This document shows positions 39,245-47,487 of a stretch of 64,000 bases of DNA, one piece after another. The notes beneath the pieces are model-generated. The model was not told the DNA's origin. It saw nothing but the letters and a program-made list of their open reading frames with translations, and did not search any database. The DNA comes from Candidatus Thorarchaeota archaeon (GTDB lineage Archaea; Asgardarchaeota; Thorarchaeia; Thorarchaeales; Thorarchaeaceae). Location: NCBI GenBank assembly GCA_016839445.1, contig JAEOUG010000039.1:2933-66932 (forward strand), written 5' to 3'. How positions within the stretch are numbered: the stretch's first letter is position 1; the number at the start of each line of letters is the position of its first letter. Both the position numbers and the translations under genes were made by a program.

Positions 39245-40330
39245 ATGACGAAGCGCGTGTTCAACTTCTATCCGGGCCCAGCGACTCTGCCACTCAAGGT
39301 TCTTGAGAAAGCGAGGGATGAGTTTCTAGACTTCCAGGGAACGGGTATGTCGGTTATGGAAATCTCCCACAGATCAAAGGAGTGGGATAAGACTATGCTC
39401 GAGGCCACAGACCAGGTGAAAAGGCTCATGGGCGTTCCTGACGACTACAAGATCATCTGGTTGGGCGGCGGGGCATCAACACAGTTCTACATGGCTCCTG
39501 CGAATCTGAGCCTGCCTGGCAAGAAGATGGAGTATGTGAACACGGGGACTTGGGCAACCAAGGCCATCAAAGAGGCAAAGCTGTTCGGAGAGGTGAATGT
39601 GGTGGCTTCGTCCGAGGACGAGAAGTTCAGCTACATTCCGAAGGACTTCAAGTTCAATAGCGGAACATCCTTTGCCCACATAACTAGCAACAACACCATC
39701 TACGGTACCGAATGGAACTACTGGCCCGACGTGCCTTCTGATGTGCCTCTGGTCTGCGACATGTCATCAGATCTCATGGCCAGGGAAGTCAATGTGAAAG
39801 ACTTTGGCGTGATATATGCCGGAGCTCAGAAGAATCTCGGACCAGCAGGCGTCACCCTCGTCATCGTTCGAGAGGACCTGCTCGGAAGAGTCAGCGAGAA
39901 GACCCCCACAATGATGAAGTGGAAGACCCACACAGACACTGAGTCCATGTTCAACACTCCACCAGTCTTTGCAGTATACATCTGCAAGCTCTCTCTGGAC
40001 TACCTCGAGGAATTGGGAGGAGTGAAAGCGATGGAGAAGATGAATAGAGAGAAGGCCAAGCTGCTCTATGATGCGATTGACGCATCTGATGGCTTCTACA
40101 AGGGTCACGCGCGCAAGGACTCGCGCTCTCTGATGAATGTCACTTTCACCATGGCCAATCCTGAACTAGAGGACAAGTGTGCGAAGGAAGCTGCTGAACT
40201 TGATCTCATAGGTCTCAAAGGCCACAGATCGGTGGGAGGCATGAGAGCTTCCATCTACAACGCTATGCCCTTGGAAGGTGTGAAGAAACTCGCGCAGTTC
40301 ATGAAGGACTTCCAGAAGAGAAACCAGTGA
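39245..40330 (+). CDS. serC: Phosphoserine aminotransferase
   Basis: 361 aa with FNFYPGPATLP, MEISHRS, YAGAQKNLGPAG and GGMRASIYNAM. Confidence 0.93.
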   Translation: MTKRVFNFYPGPATLPLKVLEKARDEFLDFQGTGMSVMEISHRSKEWDKTMLEATDQVKRLMGVPDDYKIIWLGGGASTQFYMAPANLSLPGKKMEYVNTGTWATKAIKEAKLFGEVNVVASSEDEKFSYIPKDFKFNSGTSFAHITSNNTIYGTEWNYWPDVPSDVPLVCDMSSDLMAREVNVKDFGVIYAGAQKNLGPAGVTLVIVREDLLGRVSEKTPTMMKWKTHTDTESMFNTPPVFAVYICKLSLDYLEELGGVKAMEKMNREKAKLLYDAIDASDGFYKGHARKDSRSLMNVTFTMANPELEDKCAKEAAELDLIGLKGHRSVGGMRASIYNAMPLEGVKKLAQFMKDFQKRNQ

Positions 40331-40386
40331 TTCTACGTGAGGAGGACCACCTCCTCACAGGCTTTCTTCTCAGAGTTCTCTGGGGA

Positions 40387-40725
40387 CTACTTGACCTTCC
40401 TCTTTTTCGTGAACTTCTCCACAGCCTGCTCAAGTTCACGTGTCATCTCTGGAAGCTCAGACTCATCAATGATGCCCTTGTATGTTCGTCGCATCATGAC
40501 GCCATTGACGTTGACAGATGTATTTCGCATACCTCTACTGCCAAAGAAGTCCTTCAGCGAAGACGCGATAGGAATGAGCACTCCGCCTGGGAGTCTGCTT
40601 GATACGAACTCCTCACAACAGCGGCAATCAATCAGCAGGATAGTGCTCTCGGAGTCAACCAGTACTTCGACAGGCATCTCCTTCTTCTTGCCCAAATTGA
40701 GTGTGAACTTGCTGAGCATCTTCAT
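40387..40725 (-). CDS. Hypothetical protein downstream of subtilase 4
   Basis: 112 aa with a Lys-rich C-terminus. ILLIDCRCCEEFVSSRLPGGVLIP weakly recalls a rhodanese N-terminal motif, but there is no active-site loop. It is more protein-like than the overlapping plus-strand ORF 40337..40855. Confidence 0.4.
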   Translation of the reverse strand: MKMLSKFTLNLGKKKEMPVEVLVDSESTILLIDCRCCEEFVSSRLPGGVLIPIASSLKDFFGSRGMRNTSVNVNGVMMRRTYKGIIDESELPEMTRELEQAVEKFTKKRKVK

Positions 40726-40809
40726 GTTATCGACCCAGAGTAGTCCGTATCTCGCTGACTTTCGATGTACTCAAAGCTCATATAAGCCATGCTCAGACTG
40801 CATCGGGCA

Positions 40810-43557
40810 TCACCCCTGCCCGCTTGCACTCCTTCTCCTTGAATACACGATGTAGAGGACAATGAACGCGAATACAACACTCAGCGCCAGAGCGAGTCGC
40901 AGGGTGTCGAGCTGCTCATCTGTGCTTGCGGTTGTGGCAGGTGTGGTCGTGGATGTGCCAGAGGTCGTTGTGCCACTTGACGTGGTCCCTGTAGTTGTAG
41001 TGGTTGTGGTTGTCGTTGTTGTGTCTAGAACCACGTAGTTGAACACGCCTGTGACGCCCCAGTTCCCTGAAGTGTCATTTGCCAGGAACCAGTAGTCGAC
41101 ACTAGTACCATTGGGAAGGGCAGGGATGATTCCTATGTAGAATGATCCACTTGGCGACATGGTCACGTTGTTCCAGTGAGTGCCGTTGTAGTAGCTGAGG
41201 ATGACAGTATCCAAGGCATCATTGTCGCTCACACTCACGTTCATGGTCACACTCTGTGCGCTTGTCGGGATGAGAGGTGTTCGTTCATGACTGCCAAATA
41301 CTGGCGGTTCAGTATCAGGCGCTACTTGGCTCACGGCCTCGAAGGCATTGAGCTTCCCCCAACCCCACAGTGAGTTGTGGACTGCCCCCGTGAAGGAGTC
41401 CTCGGTCGCAGTGCTCTTGATTATGTCGGGGACTATAGTCCCGATGCTTGGATTGACCTGCAGTATCAACGCCGCAGTGCCAGCTACATGAGGCCCTGAT
41501 GCACTTGTCCCACTGAACAAACGGTAGCTGCCAAATGACTGACCGAAGGGAAGAAGCCCCTCGCCGTTGTACCAGGATTGCCACGGTGTGCCATTGGCAT
41601 AGTCTGAGATGACATCATATCCGCCGGGTGCGGCAACACCCTGCTTGGCAATGTCGTCTATACGCGGCCCTCTGCTCGAGAAGGACGCAAGTGTTCCGAT
41701 TGCACCTCCGTAGAGCCCCCTCGTGTGATAGCTGGCAACGCTAAGAGCGGTGTCAGCAGTTGACGGCCAGCAAATCTCGTAATCGTCAGAGACCATCGTC
41801 TGCCAAGTGCATCCGCCTGTCCAAGAGCTTTGGTCATCAGAGATGTACCCGTGGAACGTGGCATCAGTGGGAGCAGTGACATTGAGCATATGGAAGGGTG
41901 GCGCCACGGTTGTGGGGAGGACACCGTGAATCCATATCCCCAGCATGCTAGTACCTCGTGAAGATTGAGAAATGAATGACTCAATTATGAAGCCAGGCGG
42001 TGCCACAATCGGCTCTGCAAACCAATTGAACTCGCCGAGCCCCGGATGGAGATAGACAGTGATTGGCGGCGCAGGAACCATACTCCTGTCCATTATGAGG
42101 CTGAAGTTGCAGGAGCTGAAGTCGATTGGATCAACAGAGAGGACAGTGATGTAGACTTCAGCGATGTCTTCCGTCACGTACGTACCATCCGGTGGAGGAA
42201 TCGAGAACTCAACCTGGAAGGGGGTCCCTGGAGGTGGATTGAACAAGCTATGCTTGTCCTTCCCCCCTAGATTTCCGCTGGGAGATATGACAGGGATGCC
42301 ATCCGCGACGAGTTGGTCAATCATCTGCTCCACAAGCGAGCTTCCGTCAAGGTAGTGATATGTCCAAGACCCAATCTCAGTCAAGATGACATCGGCGCCC
42401 GTGTTGTTGGCGATGGTGAGGCCTTCCTCGATTGTGAGATATGTATTGGGATCCCCTATCACGCGGATCATCAGGAGCTCTGCTCCCGGTGCAACTCCGA
42501 CGTAGTCCCGAAAGCCAATCTGCCCGCCAAGGAGGATTCCCGCCACAGCAGTACCATGGCCACCTCCTGCTGCACTGTCGTCTCTGTGGCTGCTCCAAGT
42601 AAGGTTGACATTGCGTTCCCACATCCTGACAGTACCCAAGAGGGGATCCTTCTCGAAGATGTATTTCGTCTTGGGCTGGTTCAGCTCAGTGAGTGGTTCA
42701 CCCAAATCAAGGAGCCCGTTTCCAGAGGTGTCGTTCACTACAAAGAATGGCTCGCCATAGTCCGGGAACGCATTCTGGCCTATTGTATCAGCCCAAACCC
42801 ACTCAAAGCGGGTGTTGTACTGGCCATTCTGGTCGAGATCCAAGCAGTAGAGGACCTCATCGGCGGAGATCACCCCATCATCGTCAAGATCCACTCCATC
42901 AGTGCCATTTGTGAAGGTGGCATCAGGTGGTCCGCTCTCAAGCCACGAGTAGGTTCGATTTGCTGACGGAAACCAGAGGTCAGGATGCCGCCAGTCTACA
43001 CCGGAGTCTAGGTCCGCAATCAGAATTCCCTCTCCTGTGACGTTACTACCCAAGTAGTCCTCGAGGTTCCATACCGCATCAGCACCAATCTCAGGGATAG
43101 AGAGATCACGAGGAGACTCCAAGTAGTGGGAAGGTGTCTGCGGAGCCACTTCAGATATCACGCCAAGACCCTGTAGAGTCGTGAGGCCCCCCGGGCTTCC
43201 TTGAATCAGATAGAAGGGACCGACGTGACTAGCATCTGCGCTTCCAAGGCAGAATGTGAGATCCAAGACACGCAATGTGTTCTTCAACTGCGCACTCATG
43301 GGCTGGTTGAACCGGACCACGACCGGTATCGAGTCCCCGAACGTCTTCGTGAGTGAAAAGAAGTCCAGGCTGCCGGTGGGGACCTGGTTTCCGGTGACGG
43401 TGGCTTCGGACGTGTGGTATCCAGCGACAAATGCGCCTGAAGCTGCAAGAAAAGTGACGAAAACAAGGCAGAAGGCCTTCCGATGCAATCCTAATCCTCC
43501 CTGAGATAGCAGAGGCTGGGACCACGCGTTCCCAGACTCTCCAATACTATAAGACAT
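40810..43557 (-). CDS. Membrane-anchored S8 subtilisin-like serine protease (subtilase 4)
   Basis: 915 aa with LIADLDSGVDWRHPDL (D184), HGTAVAGILLGG (H334) and SGTSASGPHVAG. It has an Ig/FN3-like module, a poly-Thr stalk and a C-terminal TM helix ending in RRR. Confidence 0.93.
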   Translation of the reverse strand: MSYSIGESGNAWSQPLLSQGGLGLHRKAFCLVFVTFLAASGAFVAGYHTSEATVTGNQVPTGSLDFFSLTKTFGDSIPVVVRFNQPMSAQLKNTLRVLDLTFCLGSADASHVGPFYLIQGSPGGLTTLQGLGVISEVAPQTPSHYLESPRDLSIPEIGADAVWNLEDYLGSNVTGEGILIADLDSGVDWRHPDLWFPSANRTYSWLESGPPDATFTNGTDGVDLDDDGVISADEVLYCLDLDQNGQYNTRFEWVWADTIGQNAFPDYGEPFFVVNDTSGNGLLDLGEPLTELNQPKTKYIFEKDPLLGTVRMWERNVNLTWSSHRDDSAAGGGHGTAVAGILLGGQIGFRDYVGVAPGAELLMIRVIGDPNTYLTIEEGLTIANNTGADVILTEIGSWTYHYLDGSSLVEQMIDQLVADGIPVISPSGNLGGKDKHSLFNPPPGTPFQVEFSIPPPDGTYVTEDIAEVYITVLSVDPIDFSSCNFSLIMDRSMVPAPPITVYLHPGLGEFNWFAEPIVAPPGFIIESFISQSSRGTSMLGIWIHGVLPTTVAPPFHMLNVTAPTDATFHGYISDDQSSWTGGCTWQTMVSDDYEICWPSTADTALSVASYHTRGLYGGAIGTLASFSSRGPRIDDIAKQGVAAPGGYDVISDYANGTPWQSWYNGEGLLPFGQSFGSYRLFSGTSASGPHVAGTAALILQVNPSIGTIVPDIIKSTATEDSFTGAVHNSLWGWGKLNAFEAVSQVAPDTEPPVFGSHERTPLIPTSAQSVTMNVSVSDNDALDTVILSYYNGTHWNNVTMSPSGSFYIGIIPALPNGTSVDYWFLANDTSGNWGVTGVFNYVVLDTTTTTTTTTTTGTTSSGTTTSGTSTTTPATTASTDEQLDTLRLALALSVVFAFIVLYIVYSRRRSASGQG
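40921..41022 (-). repeat. Low-complexity Thr/Ser/Gly-coding stretch (stalk of subtilase 4)
   Basis: Encodes TTTTTTTTTTTGTTSSGTTTSGTSTTTPATTAST. The DNA is ACN/GGN-rich low complexity. Confidence 0.8.
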
Positions 43558-43572
43558 GTGACAGAATCCTGA

Positions 43573-45024
43573 TTAATCTATGTGGTCAGATTCCTCAGAG
43601 TCCGCTTGGGGAATGGAATTGGTGTCTTCGGCATGGGAGGGGTCGAGGTCGCCGTATCCTAGAAACTCCTCAGGGAATATGTTGACAGGGGCGTAGTAGT
43701 CGCGCTCCTCGTCGTCGCGAGAGACCTTCTGACCTTCATAGAGCGACGTTCCGCCACTTACCAGATAGGAGATTGAAACGCATATCACCAAGGGAATGAC
43801 CAGCTCAAAGGACAGACTCATTTCAAGCATCATAATCGTTGTTGCCACCGGAGTGTTCGTTGTGGCAGCGAGGACCGCACCCATGCCGAGTACAATGAAT
43901 GCAGGCAGATTGCCAGGGAAGAATATCTCTCCGAAGAAGGATCCGAGCATCGCTCCAACGAACAAAGAGGAAGCAAGCACACCACCTGAGACTCTGCCAG
44001 CCACCACGAAGGATGACGCAAACAGCTTGCCAAACAAGAGGATGACGACAATCAAGAGAGGCTGGGGATTCCGCGCGAGGAACTCAATGACTTCGTATCC
44101 CATCCCAGCTATCGTCAGGTTTGGGTCAATGACAAGAGAGGTCAGGAAGATCACAATGCATGCCAGCAGTGAGCCGAGGACGGGGTCCAGGGAATCGGGA
44201 AACCTAGCCGTGAAGAAGTTGCGTGTTGCCATGAGAGCGACTGCAAACAGAATGGAAACAAGTCCAGCGACAACTCCGAAGAAGACAAGGAGAGGTATGT
44301 GGGCCAGCTGGAAATCGAACTCAGCCGTGAATGTGAACAGAGGACCAGACCCATTTCCCGAGAGAATCGGATAGAGCCAGCTGAACATGGAGAAGGATGT
44401 GAGAGCTGCAATGACTGTGGGTACGAAGTATCCGAGTCGAGCATCTCTGCGGTATGGTGCTTCGGTGGCAAAGAGCGCGCCTCCCAGAGGTGCCTTGTAG
44501 ATACCTGCAGTAGCTGCGGCGCTTCCCATCATTAGGAAGACCCTAAGGTACGAATCATCTTTGAAACCAAGTCCCCGGCCGATGTTGTTGCCAACCGCAG
44601 CCCCAATCAAGACTGCAGGCCCCTCTCTACCAACCGGGTTGCCAGAGCCGATTGACACAGACGTCGCGACCAGCTTCGTCACCGTGGTACCGGGTCGCAG
44701 TGAACTCGGCTTGTGCGTCATCTCAATCGCTTTGGAAATCCCACTTCCCTGAATCTCCTTTCTGCCAGCGTAGATCAGAAGCCCAGAGAACAGACCACCA
44801 ACCAAGGGAGCCACGAAGAGAGGGACTTGAAGATATGCGAAAGCAAACGCGAATCCATCAATGAGTAGCTGGAATGCAACCATGAATAGGCCGCAAGCCA
44901 GACCCACTAGGATGGAAGCGGGGACGTACAGGCGATAGAACCGAGAGAAGTGAGTGAAGTGAAAGAGATCGCGCAGAGGTTGCACGTTTTCCCTCTCGTC
45001 TGTCAGGTCCTTCTCATCAGTCAA
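43573..45024 (-). CDS. ClC-family voltage-gated chloride channel / H+-Cl- antiporter
   Basis: 483 aa, polytopic, with GSGNPVGREGP, the GIYKAPLGGALFATE region and GxFxP-like GEIFFPG. I see no CBS domains. Confidence 0.9.
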   Translation of the reverse strand: MTDEKDLTDERENVQPLRDLFHFTHFSRFYRLYVPASILVGLACGLFMVAFQLLIDGFAFAFAYLQVPLFVAPLVGGLFSGLLIYAGRKEIQGSGISKAIEMTHKPSSLRPGTTVTKLVATSVSIGSGNPVGREGPAVLIGAAVGNNIGRGLGFKDDSYLRVFLMMGSAAATAGIYKAPLGGALFATEAPYRRDARLGYFVPTVIAALTSFSMFSWLYPILSGNGSGPLFTFTAEFDFQLAHIPLLVFFGVVAGLVSILFAVALMATRNFFTARFPDSLDPVLGSLLACIVIFLTSLVIDPNLTIAGMGYEVIEFLARNPQPLLIVVILLFGKLFASSFVVAGRVSGGVLASSLFVGAMLGSFFGEIFFPGNLPAFIVLGMGAVLAATTNTPVATTIMMLEMSLSFELVIPLVICVSISYLVSGGTSLYEGQKVSRDDEERDYYAPVNIFPEEFLGYGDLDPSHAEDTNSIPQADSEESDHID

Positions 45025-45123
45025 GCCTGTTCACACCTTTGTGGTCTGGTCTGTGCCGAAAAAACTGACTTGGTCCATCAGACTTATCACTTTCTAGTCC
45101 ATCCTCAACCAGGCGAATCCGGA

Positions 45124-45591
45124 TTGAGCAAGAGAGACTCTGACTCCAGAGGCGATAACCTCACACTAGAAGAAGTGGAGGACAAGCTGTCAGAGATATC
45201 GGATCGCTTGGCACGGGTTGAGGCCCTGATAGAAAGGATTGGCCCTGGAATAGAAGAGGTCAGCGATTCGGCACGCGTCATCAGGGAGGGCTTTGAGTTC
45301 TATGACGGGCTCGTGAAGTTGATGGGGAAGTTCACCAAGGCAGAGAGACTTGAGTCCAGGTTTGGAGACTTGAAGAAGGACGACATCAGCTGGAAAATCA
45401 TCAAAGCCCTAGATGATTCTAGACCCCTGAACATCAGCCAGATAACGGCAGTTGTAAGATCAGAGAGAGGAACTGCTTCAAGGCGGATTGTGCGAGAACG
45501 CGTCAACATGCTTGTTGGTCGTGGTATTCTCAAGGTAGTGGATGACGACGAAGACGAGAGAGCGCGCTACTTCGCACTGGTAAGGGACTAG
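45124..45591 (+). CDS. Winged-helix transcriptional regulator with an N-terminal coiled coil
   Basis: C-terminal wHTH IIKALDDSRPLNISQITAVVRSERGTASRRIVRERVNMLVGRGILKVV. The start is uncertain. The longest ORF (GTG 44950) overlaps the ClC gene, so I propose the in-frame TTG at 45124. Confidence 0.55.
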   Translation: MSKRDSDSRGDNLTLEEVEDKLSEISDRLARVEALIERIGPGIEEVSDSARVIREGFEFYDGLVKLMGKFTKAERLESRFGDLKKDDISWKIIKALDDSRPLNISQITAVVRSERGTASRRIVRERVNMLVGRGILKVVDDDEDERARYFALVRD

Positions 45592-45619
45592 GCTCTCTGA
45601 CCAGTGATGAACACACAAA

Positions 45620-45657
45620 TGGTCACTTTTACCCACCATCATAATATGAAGTGACCA
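45620..45657. promoter_or_regulatory. 9-bp inverted repeat (operator-like) upstream of the 45685 gene
   Basis: TGGTCACTT (45620-28) - 20 nt - AAGTGACCA (45649-57). AT-rich TATA-like stretches ATAATATG and TATAGTATAC lie inside and just after it. Confidence 0.35.
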
Positions 45658-45684
45658 CTCTATAGTATACATGGTGATTAACCA

Positions 45685-46086
45685 ATGAGTGAAGAACACT
45701 CCGAGAAGAAAGCTAAGAGAGAGAGCTCCTCAAGCGATGCAGACGAGCTGAGAGAGATTGCAGATGCCCTCCCGGCTCTGTTGGGCGCTGTAAACGAATC
45801 GGTTCCCAAGCTAATAAGGGGGCTCATAAACAGCATCTATGGTCCTGAATCGGCAGGGGAAATGGCGAAAGGCATAGGGCAGTTCTACAGCAACCTCGTC
45901 AAAGAGGGAATCCCTGAAGATGTTGCACTGGATATGACAAAGAAGTTCGTCGGTGCGCTTGACTTCCAAAGCATCATGAGGATGGTCGGTCAAGAAGCAA
46001 GCGTGTCCACAGGTAAGAAGCGGCGCAGGTCGCCCAACTACGATGACGAAGACATAGAAGACGCAGAAGATCTGGAGTACGATTAG
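45685..46086 (+). CDS. Hypothetical acidic protein
   Basis: 133 aa. It shares a ~40-aa motif with the next ORF (FYSNLVKEGIPEDVALDMTKKF...IMRMV). Confidence 0.5.
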   Translation: MSEEHSEKKAKRESSSSDADELREIADALPALLGAVNESVPKLIRGLINSIYGPESAGEMAKGIGQFYSNLVKEGIPEDVALDMTKKFVGALDFQSIMRMVGQEASVSTGKKRRRSPNYDDEDIEDAEDLEYD

Positions 46087-46088
46087 AG

Positions 46089-46352
46089 ATGGGTACCGCT
46101 AGGGCCATTGCATCCCTCACAGCGACAGCCCTAGGCTATGGGCCTAGGTTGTTGTTCAATGTCTGGTGGGCCCTCAGGAAGGCTCGCGGCCAAGTGAAGA
46201 AAGGTGCAGGGACAATGTACAAAACCTTGGTAAGAGAAGGTGTACCTGAGGAGGATGCAAGAGAGATAGCGGTGTCTTTTGCTGAACCGGCGTACAACCT
46301 TCTCCAGATACGAAGCATAATCAAGATGGTCCAGGATCTCGACATGGACTAG
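46089..46352 (+). CDS. Hypothetical small protein, paralogous motif to the 45685 gene
   Basis: 87 aa with MYKTLVREGVPEEDAREIAVSF...IIKMV. It starts 2 nt after the previous stop. Confidence 0.45.
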   Translation: MGTARAIASLTATALGYGPRLLFNVWWALRKARGQVKKGAGTMYKTLVREGVPEEDAREIAVSFAEPAYNLLQIRSIIKMVQDLDMD

Positions 46353-46364
46353 GCCAGATTGAAA

Positions 46365-46838
46365 TCACTTGATGACGAGAACCGCACAGGGGGCCTTCCG
46401 GACAACGCGCTCGGTGGCACTTCCAAGGGCCCCCCGTCCTTGTGCCTCGGCGCCGCTTGAGCCCATGACGACAACATCAATCCTCTTTTCCCGAGACACG
46501 TGCACTATCCTGTCAGAGGGAAGGCCTTGCTCCAGCAGGAGTTCGATGTCCAGATTATACTCCGAGGCGGCCTTCTTGTAGGCTTCTAGAAGCCTCTCGC
46601 CGTGACTCATGTAGCGAGTAAGCACATCAAGGGAGTCGCTTTCTGACATAGTGGCAATCTGCTGAACCATTCCGATGTTTATCACATGCAAGATGTACAG
46701 TTTGGCCTCAGTTATTTCCGCCAGCTCGTACGCCACAGTCGCAGCTCTTGCGGTTCCCTTGCTACCATCAACCGGAAGCAGTATTCTCCTTGTCCTCCAG
46801 AAGAGACGACCCGGCTCCTGGTAGAGGATGTCCTCCAT
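46365..46838 (-). CDS. Universal stress protein (UspA family)
   Basis: Contains ILLPVDGS...AKLYILHV...VVMGSSG...GSATERVVRKAPCAVLVI. I prefer the start MEDILY (46838). Confidence 0.85.
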   Translation of the reverse strand: MEDILYQEPGRLFWRTRRILLPVDGSKGTARAATVAYELAEITEAKLYILHVINIGMVQQIATMSESDSLDVLTRYMSHGERLLEAYKKAASEYNLDIELLLEQGLPSDRIVHVSREKRIDVVVMGSSGAEAQGRGALGSATERVVRKAPCAVLVIK

Positions 46839-46890
46839 AGTATTACTACGCAGAGTTATCACAAATAGCTTTGGTCGTACAGAGCGGGCC

Positions 46891-47364
46891 CTACTTCACG
46901 ATGAGAACAGGGCACTCAGTTCCAAGCATGACTCGCTCAGTCGCGCTGCCAAGGCCAGCTTTGCTGCCTCCAGTGGCGCCTTCGTACCCCATCACGATCA
47001 AATCTGCTCCCGTCGCCTTGCACTGTGCCACGATTCTCTCAGAAGGCGATCCCACATCAAGCAAGAGCTCGATTTCCACACCGTACTCCTTTGCAGACTC
47101 CTTGTATCCTTCAAGCAGTTTTCGTCCGCGTCGCTCATATCTGGCCAAGATCTCGTCGGTGTCAGAGTCAGACATGAGAGCGAACTGCTGAACCACATGC
47201 TTCGGAACAACATGAACGATGAATAGCTTGGACTTCGTCATCTCTGCAACTTCAAAGGCGGCCGTTGCCGCTCTCGCAGAGCCAGCACTCCCATCCACAG
47301 CAAGCAGAATCTTGTTGGCACGACAGAAGATGTGACCAGGTGCGCAGTACTGGATGTTTTCCAT
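46891..47364 (-). CDS. Universal stress protein (UspA family), tandem paralogue
   Basis: Contains ILLAVDGS...SKLFIVHV...IVMGYEG...GSATERVMLGTECPVLIV. I prefer the start MENIQY (47364). Confidence 0.85.
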   Translation of the reverse strand: MENIQYCAPGHIFCRANKILLAVDGSAGSARAATAAFEVAEMTKSKLFIVHVVPKHVVQQFALMSDSDTDEILARYERRGRKLLEGYKESAKEYGVEIELLLDVGSPSERIVAQCKATGADLIVMGYEGATGGSKAGLGSATERVMLGTECPVLIVK

Positions 47365-47487
47365 GATTATAGTTATGCCGCTCATCAAAAATAACTTGTC
47401 ATGGGGCCAGACAGAACGCAGAAGGTGCCAAGGTTTAATACAAACTCAGTCGGCATGTCATTTCATCAGCAAAGATGCTGAGGAGGA

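Noticed and set aside
44950-45123. The GTG-initiated 5' part of the wHTH ORF, which overlaps the ClC gene start.
   Set aside because: It overlaps 75 nt of the ClC coding region on the opposite strand and has odd composition (VCQVLLISQACSHLCGLVC). An internal TTG start is more likely, though unproven.
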